A stretch of 64,000 nucleotides of DNA from Eledone cirrhosa (GCA_964016885.1 OZ024743.1:85312001-85376000), one strand, 5' to 3'. Shown: positions 1 to 14,689, counted from the first letter of the stretch. Made by a program: numbers and translations. The notes: generated from the sequence alone by a model not told the origin.

Positions 1-660
1 GTACTGGGGTAGATAAAATAAAGTACCAGTTTAGTACTGGGGTAGATAAAATAAAGTACCAGTTTAGTACTGGGTAGATAAAATAAAGTACCGGTTTAGT
101 ACTGGGGTAGATGAAATAAAGCATGAGTTAAGTACTGGGGTAGATAAAATATAGAAGCAGTTTAGTACTGGGGTAGATAAAATAATACCAGTTTAGTACT
201 GAGGTAGATAAAATAATTGTTTCTACTTTAGGCACAAGGCCAGCAATTACCCAGTGCATTACTGGTTCTTTATTTTATCGACCCCGTAAGGATGAAAGGC
301 AAAGTCAACCTCGGCGGGATTTGAACTCAGATCGTAAAGGGACGTAACTATGCTGGAAAACATGGCGTCCGACCTTCCACCGATACTGCCAATCCACCGC
401 CCTGAGGTAGATAAAATAATACCAGTTAAGTACTGAGGTAGATGAAATAGCACCAGTTTAGTACGGGGGTTGATATAATAGTATGAGTTAAGTACAGGGG
501 TTGATATAATATAGTACCAGTTTAGTACTGGGGTAGATATAATATAGTACAAGTTCAGTACTGGGGTTGATAAAATAGTAGTAGTTAGATATATGGTTGG
601 TATAATCAACTTTCCCCTTCCCCCAAATTACTGGCCTTGTGCCAATGTTAGAAAGAATTA
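1..660 (+). repeat. 33-bp minisatellite expanded from the internal segment of a SINE, ending in the SINE 3' end
   Basis: Unit GTACTGGGGTAGATAAAATAAAGTACCAGTTTA resembles the GGGGTCAATAAAATAAAGTACCAGT part of the SINE at 1691-1893; array ends in ...ctggccttgtgccaatgttagaaagaatta. Confidence 0.75.
218..401 (-). mobile_element. tRNA-derived SINE (octopus CORE/OR-like) with 19-bp TSD
   Basis: B box GAGTTCAAATCCC and GGTTGACTTTGCCTTTCATCC core on minus strand; CTGAGGTAGATAAAATAAT duplicated at 199-217 and 402-420. Confidence 0.8.
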
Positions 661-1690
661 AGGTGTGGGATTTAACCTGGTTTGGAAATTTATAGAAAAA
701 ATATGAACTGAATAGAATGGTTGTTAAGCATTGTGGGTGAAATCATAGACTGTGTGCTAAACGGTGGGTATATGCTGCATAAATTAGTTTAGTTGAAATG
801 GTGGGTAAAATACAGGGTCAAAATTTAGGTAAATGTTGTGTATAATAGAGTGTAAAGTAATGGATTATGGGTGATTATGGGTAATATAAAATGGTTAAAG
901 TAGTGAATTATGGGTAAAATAGTAGATTGTGAGTTATAGGGTATGTAAAATGATGGGAAAACAGTAGATCATGGATAAAAATTGTGTTTGAAATAATAGA
1001 TTGTGTGTAATTTTGTAGTTAAAATAAATGATTGTGGATATATTAGATTGGTGGGCAAAATAATGAGTAAAATAGTTGATTAAATTGTGAGTAAGTTGGT
1101 TGATAAAGTGGTAGATATGATATCATACCATCACACACACTAGATATGATATCATACCATCACACACACTAGATATGATATCATACCATCACACACACTA
1201 GATATGATATCATACCATCACACACACTATATGATATCATACCATCACACACACTAGATATGATATCATACCATCTCACACACTTGATATGATATCATAC
1301 CATCACACACACTAGATATGATATCATATCATCACACACACTAGATATGATATTATACCATCTCACACACTAGATATGATGTCATACCATCACACATTAG
1401 ATATGATATCATACCAACTCACAGACTAGATATGATATCATACCATCTCACACACTAGAAATGATATCATACCATCACACATTAGATATGATATCATACC
1501 ATCAAACACTAAATATGATATCATACAATCTCACACACTATATATGATATCATACCATCACACACTAGATATATCATACCATCACACACACTAGATATGA
1601 TATCATACCATCATACATTAGATATGATATCATACTATCACACACTAGATATGATATCATACCATCTCACATTATATATAATATTATACC

Positions 1691-1893
1691 GTGGTGGATT
1701 ATATTAGGGCAGTGGATTGGCAGTATCAGTAGAGGGTCGGACGTCGTGCTTTGACGCATAGAGTTACGGCCCTTTCCATTCTGAGTTCAAATCCCACCGA
1801 GGTCAACTTTGCCTTTCATCCTTACGGGGTCAATAAAATAAAGTACCAGTAATGTACTGGGTAATTGCTGGCCTTGTGCCAAAAGTAGAAACA
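1691..1893 (+). mobile_element. tRNA-derived SINE with 20-bp TSD
   Basis: Same family as 218-401; TSD ATTATATATAATATTATACC at 1671-1690 and at 1894-1906 joined to 3146-3152. Confidence 0.85.
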
Positions 1894-1906
1894 ATTATAT
1901 ATAATA

Positions 1907-3145
1907 CTAGCAGTAAAGCCCGGCGTTGCTCGGGGTCGCTCAGTAGCTGTGTTAAAGTTACAATGTTAAGTTTCTTTTTTGGCTTAAAAACTGTAGTGTC
2001 TACTGTGCAGACTTGCATGTGGTGTTTTTGATTAATATTCCCTCAACCAACAATATGCCTTATGAAGTTAAGAAAACATAACGATAACCCGAATGTTATA
2101 ACAAAAGAGGATGCTGGGGATAAAAACTGCACTGGTTATTTATTAACAAAGATCGAAAATGTAAACACTGCAACGCAGAGAAAAACATTAGCGTAACCAA
2201 ATTATCAGTTATGTCTGTCTGCACGCCTATATCACCTCTCTGCACGACTGTCTGTCTGCACGCCTATATCACCTCTCTGCACGACTGTCTGTCTGCACGC
2301 CTATATCACCTCTCTGCACGACTGTCTGTCTGCACGCCTATATCACCTCTCTGCACGACTATCTGTCTGCACGCGTATATCACCTCTCTGCACGACTGTC
2401 TGTCTGCACGCCTAACGAAATTTACAGATACATATATTTTAAATAAACTTATATAATTTTTGCTTTTTTTTACGAAATATTTGCTTGTTTTACGTAGTCT
2501 TTAAATAGACTTGTTTTCAAGTAAAAATATTGTTTTAAAATGCTTTTAAATGGAATGTATTGTGTTAATGTCATTTTAAACGCTGAGAAAGCCAGCGTAA
2601 TTTTTTACGTAAGACGCTCAATGTAAACAGAACAAAGGGAAATAACTGATCACTTACGCTCAAAAATCGATACATTATATTCGATTTCGTCACATAGGGT
2701 GGGTCAATTTGAAATTTTTTTTTTCCGATGTCTTCGTTAGGGCTCACTGTACAAGTATAGCAATTTCGGTGCAATTCCGTGAGAGATTCTAAGAGGAGAT
2801 GTGTGCCAAAAATCGATAGAAAGACAGACAACCACAGTTTTATATATAGAGATTGTGTTAATGTCATTTTAAACGCTGAGAAAGCCAGCGTAATTTTTTA
2901 CGTAAGACGCTCAATGTAAACAGAACAAAGGGAAATAACTGATAACTTACGCTCAAAAATCGATACATTATATTCGATTTCGTCACATAGGGTGGGTCAA
3001 TTTGAAATTTTTTTTTTCCGATGTCTTCGCTAGGGCTCAATGTACAAGTATAGCAATTTCGGTGCAATTCCGTGAGAGATTCTAAGAGGAGATGTGTGCC
3101 AAAAATCGATAGACAGACAGACAACCACAGTTTTATATATATAGA
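1907..3145 (-). mobile_element. Non-autonomous Helitron
   Basis: Minus strand starts TCTATATATATAAAAC, ends CCCGAGCAACGCCGGG hairpin, CTTTACTG, CTAG; inserted between host A and T without a TSD; 5' 293 bp tandemly duplicated. Confidence 0.88.
2212..2413. repeat. 37-bp minisatellite inside the Helitron
   Basis: About 5 copies of TGTCTGTCTGCACGCCTATATCACCTCTCTGCACGAC. Confidence 0.9.
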
Positions 3146-4009
3146 TTATACCATTACACACACTAGATATGATATCATACCATCTCACACACTATATGAT
3201 ATCATACCATCTCACACAGTGGATATGATATCATACCATCTCACACTTGATATGATATACCATCACACACACTAGATATGATATCATACCATCACACATT
3301 AGATATGATATCATACCATCACACACTAGATATGATATACCATTTCACACACTAGATGTGATATCATACCATATCATATACTACATATGATATCATACCA
3401 TCTCACACTTGATATGATATACCATCACACACACTAGATATGATATCATACCATCACACACTAGATGTGATATCATACCATTTCACACACTACATATGAT
3501 ATCATACCATCTCACACACTATATATGATATCATACTATCACACACTAGATATGATATCATACCATCACACACACTAGATGTGATATCATACCATCTCAT
3601 ATACTACATATGATATCATACCCTTTCACACACTAGATGTGATATCATATCATCTCACACACTAGATGTGATATCATACCATCTGACATACTAGATATGA
3701 CATCATACCATAACACACTAGATATGATAACCTACCATAACACACTAGATATGATATCATAACATCTCATGCTATATATGATATCATAGCATCTCACATA
3801 CAAACAAGAATCAAATACTACTCCACCAGTGCTTGAACCTATTACCTTTAGTTAGGGTGGTTGACATATTATTTAACTTCCTCTGTTGCTAATGTCTGTC
3901 TTCATACACCTGTCAAACCCTCCTACTATCACAACACAGCTGTCTTCAGATTTTACTGTTGCTAGGTAACCAATAAGACATAGCATGACAATAGTGAATT
4001 AGAGGCTAT

Positions 4010-6910
4010 CATTCTACTACAACTACTACTGCTGCTGCCGCTGCTACTACTGCTTCTGCTTCTGCTGGTGTTACTACTACTACTACTGCTACTACTACCA
4101 ACACCACCAACCATTACTACAACTACTATTATTACTGCTACTACCACCACCACCACTACTTTTACCATTACTACTACTACTAACACTACTACTTCCACTG
4201 CTGCTACTATTGCTACTACGATTACTACTGCTACTACTACTACTACTATTACTACTACTACTTCTACTGCTGCTGCAGCTGCTGCTACTACTACTACCAC
4301 CACCATTACTCCTTGTACCACTACTACAACCACCACCACCATTACCACTACTACAACCACCACCACCATTAACCACTACTACTACAACCACCACCACCAT
4401 TACCACTACTACTACAACCACCACCACCATTATCACTACTACTACAACCACCACCACCATTACCACTACTACTACAACCACCACCACCATTACCACTACT
4501 ACTACAACCATCACCACCATTATCACTACTACTACAACCACCACCACCATTACCACTACTACTGCAACCACCACCACCATTACCACTACTACTACAACCA
4601 CCACCACCATTACCACTACTACAACCACCACCACCATTACCACTACTACAACCATCACCACCATTACAACTACTACTACAACCACCACCACCATTACCAC
4701 TACTACTACAACCACCACCACCATTACCACTACTACAACCACCACCACCATTACCACTACTACAACCATCACCACCATTACAACTACTACTACAACCACC
4801 ACCACCATTACCACTACTACTACAACCATCACCACCATTACCACTACTACTACAACCACCACCACCATTACCACTGCTACTACAACCACCACCACCATTA
4901 CCACTACTACTACAACCACCACCACCATTACAACTACTACTACAACCACCACCACCATTACCACTACTAATACTACCACCACCACCATTACAACTACTAC
5001 TACTACCACCACCACCATTACCACTACTACTATTACCACCACCACCATTACCACCACTACTACAACCACCACCACCATTACCACTACTACAACCACCACC
5101 ACCATTACCACTACTACTATTACCACCACCACCATTACCACTACTACTACAACCACCACCACCATTACCACTACTACTACAACCACCACCACCATTACCA
5201 CTACTACAACCACCACCACCATTACCACTACTACAACCATCACCACCATTACAACTACTACTACAACCACCACCACCATTACCACTACTACTACAACCAC
5301 CACCACCATTACCACTACTACTACAACCACCACCATTACCACTACTACAACCATCACCACCATTACAACTACTACTACAACCACCACCACCATTACCACT
5401 ACTACAACCACAACCACCATTACCACTACTAATACTACCACCACCACCACTATTACCACTACTACTACAACCATCACCACCATTACCACTACTACTACAA
5501 CCATCACCACCATTACAACTACTACTACAACCACCACCACCATTACCACTACTACTACAACCACCACCACCATTACCACTACTACTACAACCACCACCAT
5601 TACCACTACTACAACCATCACCACCATTACAACTACTACTACAACCACCACCACCATTACCACTACTGCAACCACCACCACCATTACCACTACTAATACT
5701 ACCACCACCACCACTATTACCACTACTACTACAACCATCACCACCATTACCACTACTACTACAACCACCACCACCATTACCACTACTACTACAACCATCA
5801 CCACCATTACCATTACTACTACAACCACCACCACCATTACCACTACTACTACTACCACCACCACCATTACCACTACTACTACAACCACCACCACCATTAC
5901 CACTACTACAACCACCACCACTATTACCACTACTACTACAACCAGCACCACCATTACCACTACTACTACAACCATCACCACCATTACCACTACTACTACA
6001 ACCACCACCATTACCACTACTACTGCAACCACCACCACCATTACCACTACTACTACAACCACCACCACCATTACCACTACTACTACAACCACCACCACCA
6101 TTACCACTACTACTACAAACACCACCACCATTACCACTACTACTACAACCACCACCACCATTACCACTACTACAACCATCACCACCATTACCACTACTAC
6201 TACAACCACCACCATTACCACTACTACTGCAACCACCACCACCATTACCACTACTACTACAACCACCACCACCATTACCATTACTACTACAACCACCACC
6301 ACCATTACCACTACTACTACAAACACCACCACCATTACCACTACTACTACAACCATTACCACTACTACTACAACCACCACCACCATTACATTACTACTAC
6401 CACCACCACCATTATTATCACTACTACTACAACCATCACCACCATTACCACTACTACAACCACCACCACCATTACCACTACTACTGCAACCACCACCACC
6501 ATTACCACTACTAATACTACCACCACCACCATTACCACTACTACTACTACCACCACCACCATTACCACTACTAATACTACCACCACCACCATTACCACTA
6601 CTACTACTACCACCACCACCATTACCACTACTACTACAACCATCACCACCATTATCACTACTACTACAACCACCGCTACTACTTCCACTACATTCAATAT
6701 ATCATCAATAATATAATTACTCCTACTACCACTGTAGCTTGTGCTATAACCACTCACACTACCACCGCCAATACTACTACCACAAAGACACCATCATTAC
6801 CACCACTATCAACATTATCACCACCACCACCATTACCACAATGACCTCCACAGCCGCCGCCATCATTACCACAAAGTCCTCAGCACCACCGCCACCATCA
6901 TTACCACAAA
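4010..6910. repeat. Compound (ACC/ACT/ATT)n array with 27/30-bp superstructure
   Basis: Repeating ACCACCACCACCATTACCACTACTACTACA; source of the poly-Thr, poly-Val and His/Tyr pseudo-ORFs. Confidence 0.95.
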
Positions 6911-7479
6911 GACCACAACATTCTCAAGCTGAAATCAACAGTTATTTCCCTTGATTCTTCCACCGTTATTATCATAAACTATGATGACGTCATAAGATAC
7001 AGACAAGGCGAGTAGGGTAGAGAGATTGTGTATCTGTGCGTGTGTATATCCAGACATATCACATGATTATCTGGGGTGTGTGCAACCCATTTGTATCACC
7101 TCCCCCTATTGGGGATTTCGTTTGTTTTATTCATTATTTTTCTTATACATTTTTACACACCTTGTATGTAAACTCCTCAATTGTGTTTGTCCCCATCTTT
7201 TGCGCCCTTGTGGCAAATTAAGAAATATATCTAAGGTTCCTCAGTTAGTTTTGCGATCACTATGGAATACGTACGTTGACAAACACACGTACACACACCC
7301 GTATGTGTTGTATGTGTGAGATCATCCTTATTACTTTCAGATGTTATTTTCATTTAGTGCAATACACAATGTTTCCCTCCATATTACAGTTCTAGAATGT
7401 GTTTGTTAAATTGATTGTCCCCAATTCGATGTTGGCCATGTCTTCCCACATCTTCCTTAAGTACTCCTTCCAGCAGGTC

Positions 7480-7852
7480 TCCAAGTGATCTGGCTTCATC
7501 CCCAAGTGTAAAAGCCAAACTTGTTATCTTCATGGATGAATTGAGAGAAAAGCTGAAAAGCTGGGTATGAGAGGTATCAGATATAGTGTGCAAGCGAAAG
7601 AACACTGCACTGGTTTGGACATGTGATGTGTATGGATGAGGAATACTGGGTGAAGAAGTGACAGGTGATGCCAGTGGAAGAAATCTGCAGTAGAGGAAGA
7701 CTAGGAAAGATGTGGGCAGAGATGATTAGAGCTAATCTCAAAACACTGAACCTTACAGTAATGACAAAGGAATGCTGTCAGGCAGGTGGCTGTGCTAGAA
7801 AGGACCCATCCACCTCTACAAGCATGGAAAAGCAAATGTAAAATGGTGATGA
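7480..7852 (+). mobile_element. Decayed 3' fragment of RTE-clade LINE
   Basis: LREKL...WFGHVM...RGR..K.W remnants and catggaaaagcaaatgtaaaatggtgatgat tail shared with other RTE copies. Confidence 0.65.
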
Positions 7853-8599
7853 TTTTTCAGTCTATTAGACCTCATCAGCACAGTATAGTCAAACCAAACC
7901 TACAGAGCACTGGTTAGATTTTTACACATTAAAATTATTTAAAACTTTTTTTCTAATATATGTTATGTGTATCCAGTTTGAAATAGGTACACTGTATCAC
8001 TGGATGTCATAAAAAGCAACTAAAAGGGTCGATGTTTTGAAAAAAAACCTCCAGCGATAAAACACTGCCTCAAAACGTCTTGTCCAACCCATGCCAGCAT
8101 GAAAATGTCAATATAGAAACAATGATGATAATGATATACCCTACTAGTTTAGGAGTACTTCTTTCTCAGTAGTACTCAAATATCATCACCATCATCATTT
8201 GACATCTGCTTTTCATGCTGTCATAGGTTGGATAGGTCACCACAATCTAAGCCAGTTCCTGTGTGGAGTAACTGCCTTCCTAGAAGAACCAAACGACCTC
8301 ATCTCACTCTTCTTTCTTTTTTCTTTTTTTTTTGCATGGTTTCTATGCCTAGATATGTTTCCTAAACACTTCAGAGAGTGAACTAGATGTTATTTTATTG
8401 TGGCATCAGCACTAGTGAGGTTGTCATGTCCTCCACAAGACTAAAGTGTCCTCACAATTCTACAATGTCTCTGTTCATTCAAGGCAATCAAGAGGGTGAA
8501 TAGGAAAGAGAGTGAGAGACAAGCAGATATGACAGAAACAGCATGAGTGGGTGAAGGGGCAAGATATATGTGTATATAAAATGATTATATATATATACA

Positions 8600-9100
8600 T
8601 TTTCCAGTCTCCTTCTCAACAAGGAAGATGAAAAAACTTACCCCTTAATTTTAAATGTTTAATTTTTAGTTTTTAATTCTTATTAATTCTTTTTAACTGT
8701 AATACTCAACATTTGATAAGATGAATTTTACTAATACATCGAAACCGGTAATACTTTATATACATTATAAAGCTCATTTTAAAAAGAATTGTCCCTCTCA
8801 TTTTTTAATTTTTAGTTTTTAATTCTTATTAATTCTTTTTAACTGTAATACTCAACATTTGATAAGATGAATTTTACTAATACATCGAAACCGGTAATAC
8901 TTTATATACATTATAAAGCTCATTTTAAAAAGAATTGTCCCTCTCATTTTTTCAATAATGTCACTTTGACGAATCAAAGAAAGAGAAAAAAAAAGAAAAA
9001 CAGACCTTAAAAAATATTTTCTGTGCTATTTCCAACTTCACCTTTTCTTTATAACCACTGTTTTGTATTGAACCTTACTTCCCTTTTCTAAATATATATA
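8600..9100 (+). mobile_element. Non-coding element in (AT)n with a 146-bp tandem repeat carrying decayed hammerhead cores (Penelope-like pLTR remnant)
   Basis: 8658-8803 repeated at 8804-8949; each copy has TTGATAA-GATG..CATC-GAAA-CCGG-TA. Confidence 0.5.
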
Positions 9101-10149
9101 TATATCAGTTGGCACCTCTTAACCGAATATACACCTCCATCCCACTACCCCCCACACCACCCTTTCTCTGTAAAGTTATGTTGGTACCACAACATCCAGT
9201 CCAAAATAAATGAGGTTGTGTAGGTGTCACAAAAAAAAACACACAGTCCATGCTGTAATGTGGCCGTGTAGGTAACACAGTAAAAACCTCCCAGGCCACA
9301 CTGTAAACGTGGTTGGTGTTAGGAAGGGCATCCAGCCGTAGAAAACCTGCCAGACAGTCCTATACGAGCGGGACATAGTCACCCGACCAATCTTGCCTCA
9401 AGTGGGACAATTCCCGTCTAAACTCATGCTAGCGTGGAAGATAGACGTTAAACAATGATGATGATGATGATGATATATATATATATATAATCACCAATTA
9501 ATGTCTATTTTCCATGCTTTCATGTGTTAGATGGTAGTGCCATTAAGGCTAGATTGTCCAAATGAATATGTCCCGTTTGTATGCTTTCTTTTTGGTTTGG
9601 TTTCTAGTTGGATGCTCTTCCTACCGCCAACCATTTTACAGCGTATACTCTGAGCGCTTTATCATAACTCTGGTACTATCACCCCAGGGTCCAAGTTGTC
9701 AACCTCCTTGAGGTAGGTCTTGGAAACTAATCACTGGTCTCAATCAGGTAAATGACAACACTCTGAGACAGGAGTCTCATACATAAGAAAGGTGAGCTGG
9801 GTGCTTTTCACTGTTGCACCAACACTACCATGTTACAAGGCAGACTGGGAGCTTTTAGTCATGGCACCACCACCACCACCATCATACAGAGTAGACTGGG
9901 TGCTTTTAGTCATGGCGTCACTGCTACCACCTTACAGGGTACTGGGTGCTTTTAGTCATGGCATCAGCATAACCACATTTCAGGGCAGACTGGGTGCCTT
10001 TTGTTGACTGGTACACAGTGTGGATTTAGTGTTTTTCATCATGGCACTAGCACTATTACTTTAAACCAATATACAGAGTGGGCTGGGTGAATTTTATCAT
10101 GTTGCCAGCAGCAGTAAACTCATTATATATATCATCATCATCATCATCA

Positions 10150-10690
10150 TTATATATATATATAGATCATCATCATTCATCATTTTACGTCCGCTTTTCC
10201 TTGCTTGCAAGGGTGGGACTGATCTTCTTAAACCCAGTTTCTCCCTCAGTTCATCCATGCTCTGCCTTTCTTTCACACTTACATTGTACATCCAACAAAG
10301 CAAGGTTGCTTCATTTCTCTCCAGCCTTCGCACATCCTCCACAGATGCTGCCCATGTCTCACTACCATGCAGCATCGTGCATCTCACACAGGTATCACAC
10401 AACTGAGCTTTTGTTCATAGGGAGAAACCCTCCGTTGTCAACAAAAGAAGAAGCGCCATAAACTTCTTCCATCCTGTCCTTATTCTAGATACTATGGCAT
10501 CAGAGCATCCTCCTCCCTTGCTAATCTGATCACCTAGATATCAAAAGCTATCAACCACCTCTATAGATCCTACCTGCATTTGAAAAATGTGCTATCACTG
10601 ACACTTCTACTATCAATTTTTCCTGAACATCTACCACATATGAAGTTTTGCTTTTCTGTTAGTTTGCCTGCTATCCCTCTACACCTTTGT
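10150..10690 (-). mobile_element. Decayed RTE-clade LINE 3' fragment
   Basis: MLHGSETWA...RRLERNE...LREKLGLR; (ATG)n tail. Confidence 0.75.
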
Positions 10691-11189
10691 ATATAGATAT
10701 CTATATATATTCTTTGAAGTGCAGTTATCTCAGAGTTTCTGGAGAGAAGGTGGTTTAATTATGATTCTTTTGTTTGTTCATTAATTAAACCACAGGTGTA
10801 ATGTGTATTGCAGGTAGGTGTGGGTGTATTGGGAGCATGTTTGTGTGTGTATTGAGAACAGATGGTGTATTGGGAGCAGGTGTGTGTGTAGAGAGAGTGT
10901 TAACCAGTGTTCAGATTCCTGAGAAATGGTGATGACAATTCCCTTAAATCTCAGTTGTAAAGGTAGTAGGCCCGTGACTGAGGTTGTGAGCTTGATTCCT
11001 GGAACAAATAGTGTTGTATCCTTGGGCAAGACACTTTACTTTTACGATGCTCATAATCCACTCAACTGAAAAAGATGAGTTGCAACAACAATGGTGTTAA
11101 GTTGTATCAGCTTTTGCCTTTCCCTTGGACAATATCGGTAGTGTGGAGAGAGATAAGCCACGCTGAGCAAGATCGAGCTGTGTTAATCC

Positions 11190-11600
11190 AATCCCAGATC
11201 AGATCCAATAATACAGGCAGTCTGATAGTGTTGACTAATAATACAGACATCAGATCTGATTCTGAATCAGATCTGACAATTCAGGCAATATGATAATGTT
11301 GACTAATAATACATTGTCAGATCTGATGCGTCAGCAGATCAGATTCTAGATCAGATCCAATAATACAGGCAGTCTGATAGTGTTAACTAATAATACAGAT
11401 ATCAGATCTGATCCCAGATCAGATCCGATAATATGGGCAGTCTGATAGTGTTAATACAGACATCAGATCCGATACCAGATCAGATCAGATCTAATAATAC
11501 AGGCAGTCTGATAGTGTTAACTAATAATACAGACATCAGATCTGATGCCAAATTAGATCCAATTCCGAATCAGTTCCGATCAGATCAGATAATACAGACA
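11190..11600. repeat. Degenerate GATC-rich minisatellite (~60-70-bp unit)
   Basis: Recurrent CAGATCAGATCCAATAATACAGGCAGTCTGATAGTGTT. Confidence 0.8.
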
Positions 11601-11891
11601 GATGGGGTTGTGTAATTTCTGTCTACTAAATTCCACTCATAAGATATTGGTCAATCCAAGGCTATTGTAGAATGTACTTACCAAAGATGGGACTGAACCT
11701 GAAACCATGTGGTTACAAAACAAACTCTTCAACCACACAGTCATGCTTGTTATTTGTAAACAAAGTTATTAACTACTGTTATTTCAACTCATCATGAAAG
11801 CAGAACATTTCAGAATCACTTCATTTATTGATATCATATCAAATAAATATTTCAAATTTTGTTACAATTCAACCAATTTTTCACTCAAAGT

Positions 11892-11924
<33 letters not shown>

Positions 11925-13364
11925 CCATGTAATTAACAGAAATTGATGTCATAGATTTTGCATATTAAGGTTACACTGATTAAGCAGTAGATAATTGGTA
12001 TCAGCCATTTTGCTGATATTTAGTTATCGGCTTTATATGCAGATTGATCGGTTCTTATAATCGGCCATTATTTGTTTGAGAGCAAGAAATACATCAGAAG
12101 TATATATTAGGACACACAATCTAAGATCAGTATCTTCATCATCATCATTGTTGTTTTAATGTCTGCTTTCTCTGCTTACAAGGGTTGGATGGGTCTCCAT
12201 AGAACTAGTCAGTACAAAACGGTGGCTACTGATCTGCCAGATAAGCCAGGGATCTGTTGTCTTGCTTATCTAGTCTCATGTTCTCCCTAATGCACATGGG
12301 AGGTTGTCATGTCTAACTCAGTTCTTGATACTTGAACTCTACACAACTACATGGGACTGCTCAGAGGATGCATCTCTATATAGGTTAAAAGATTGTCAAA
12401 GTAGAAGAGAGACCCTCCTACCTCTCTAAGAAGATGTGTGTTTAATTGATCTTTTAGAAAGGAATTAAGTTAAAAATTGTAAATTAATTGATTACATGTT
12501 TATTTAAAAAGTATTTTAAAAAATTACCAGTAATAATGATTCTTGTTAACTTAACTTAAATTAAAAAAATACAATTTAATGACTTAATTTATTTAAAAAC
12601 ATCAAAAGTTTTTCCATTTTCAGAGCATAGCTGGTTTCTTCTAGGCTTGTATGTTGCCTCCAGCGGTAAAATCGCATTTTGTCATCATGTGCTCTCAAAT
12701 AGTAGCTCCATAATTGTGATTTAATTATGAAATATTATGATCTGATCGATCAACAATATCCCAAACCCCGAGTGGGGTGGACCTCGTCAAAATCGGACAA
12801 AGGAAACTTTTGTTTCCATTGGTCTTTCCATTGATGATACTATCTACTGGTCACAACTCCTTAGCAGAAGGAGCAATGTGAAAAAAAGTGTCTTGCTCAA
12901 GAACACAACACATCACCCAGTCCAATAACTAAACTCGCAACCTCACTATTGCAAATCCAACTCTCTAACCACTAAGCTACGTGCCTTCACTATAATATAA
13001 TACTTACAATTAATTATATGTATTTTTATATCACAATTACATTATAGATAATCGGTGGCTGATTAATTGGTATCAGCCAATAACACACGACCAATTAATC
13101 AGTAATTTATCAATTGGTGCATTCCTAATACATATATACAAATATATATTTATATAGATACATACAAGCATATATACATTATATATATATATACATATAT
13201 ACATTATATATACATATACACATACATATATACAAACATATTTATATACATACACATGCAAAAAATTAAATAAAATAAAATGAGAAGAAATAGTAACTTT
13301 ATTCAATTTAATTTTTTGCTTTTTCTGTTATTGATGATCATAAATTTTATATTAGCAAGAGAAT

Positions 13365-13995
13365 ATCATCATCATCATCATCATCTGACTATCACTGTCA
13401 TTACGACAATCATCACCACCACTGTAATTAGTGTTATCACAACAACCAGTCACTACCACCATCACCACCATCATTATCACTGCCACCACCACCGCTATCA
13501 CTACTATCACAAGAATCTGTTACTACTAACACCGCCAACACTATTATTATCACTATCACTACCACCATCACCACTATCATCAATAATCACCACCGCTGCT
13601 ACCACCATCATTATTGTCATCCACACCACCACCACCACCATCAACACCAAAACCATTGTCATCCACACCACCACCTTCATCAACATTCACTACCACCACC
13701 ACCATTGTCATCCACACCACCACCATCAACACCATTGTCATCCACACCACCACCATCAACACCAACACCATTGTCATCCACACCACCACCTTCATCAACA
13801 TTCACTACTACCACCACCATCATCATCATCAACATCAACAACACCAACACCATTGTCACCCACACCATCACCTTCAACATTCACTAACACCACCACCACT
13901 ATCTCCACCACCATTGTCATCCACACCACCACCTTCATCAATATTCACTACCATCCCCATCACCTCCATCAACAACAATCACCCCCACCACTGTC
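13365..13995. repeat. (CAT/CAC)n low-complexity array
   Basis: Repeated ACCATTGTCATCCACACCACCACC units. Confidence 0.85.
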
Positions 13996-14689
13996 TACAT
14001 TGACCACAGTGACAGCAGAGTTGAGAGAAATTCCAGAGAGGTCATTGTAGATGTGCTTCAAAGAGTGGAAGGACCTCTAGGCTGGGTCTGTGGAGGCACA
14101 AGGGGCTGACTTTGAAGTGGGTCTGTGGAGTTCATTATCAATTCATTTTCAATTGAACCCCACCAAATATATAATTTTTTCTTCTTCCTAAGATCGGATA
14201 CTTTTTCAACAGACTTTGCACATGCACGCATGTGTGTGAATGTGTGTGTGTGTATGAATGTGTGAATGTGTGCCTGTATATATGTATGTGTGTGTGTATG
14301 TGCATGTGTGTGTGTGTGTGTGTGTTTTCCATGCTGGTACAGATTGGACTGGACTATTTCCACATGGTGGACTAGGGTCATTTTTTGTGTCACCAACATA
14401 ACCACTTTACAGGGCGAACTGGGCGCTTTTAGCCATTTCAGCAACATTGTGGAAGAGCATGTCCAGCTTTCCATGCTTGTATGCATTGGTTGGTCAAGGG
14501 AGGTGCATCAGGTGTGGAAAGTGAAGAGGTGCATGTATGTAGGATGGGGATTTGAGAGGTAGTCTAAGGTGGGGTACTTAAGTGGTGAGGGTTAGAGGTG
14601 GAGTGTTAAGCCATGGGAGGTGCATGGAAAGAGGAGAGGGAGATGCTTGCTTCATTCTATGCACATTGAAAGGCAGGTCTTCAGCTACT

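Larger units (their letters stand above)
1112..3800. repeat. ~27-29-bp minisatellite (ACACTAGATATGATATCATACCATCAC) split by SINE and Helitron insertions
   Basis: Array at 1112-1690 resumes at about 3147-3800. Confidence 0.93.

Noticed and set aside
218-1893. tRNA genes suggested by GTTCAAATCCC boxes
   Set aside because: No cloverleaf; they are SINE heads with TSDs
4068-6757. 833-aa poly-Thr (mucin-like), poly-Val and His/Tyr ORFs
   Set aside because: Trinucleotide array open in several frames on both strands; no convincing ATG start, splice context or non-repeat domain
11893-11922. 30-nt poly(A) as a retrocopy tail
   Set aside because: No recognisable upstream element or TSD
12610-12730. 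Possible plus-strand terminal exon after polypyrimidine-AG sites
   Set aside because: Short frames with no recognisable protein and no partner exons
13280-14050. 256-aa ORF with a signal-peptide-like start and His runs
   Set aside because: The hydrophobic start comes from T-rich DNA and the rest is CAT/CAC low complexity; no recognisable domain
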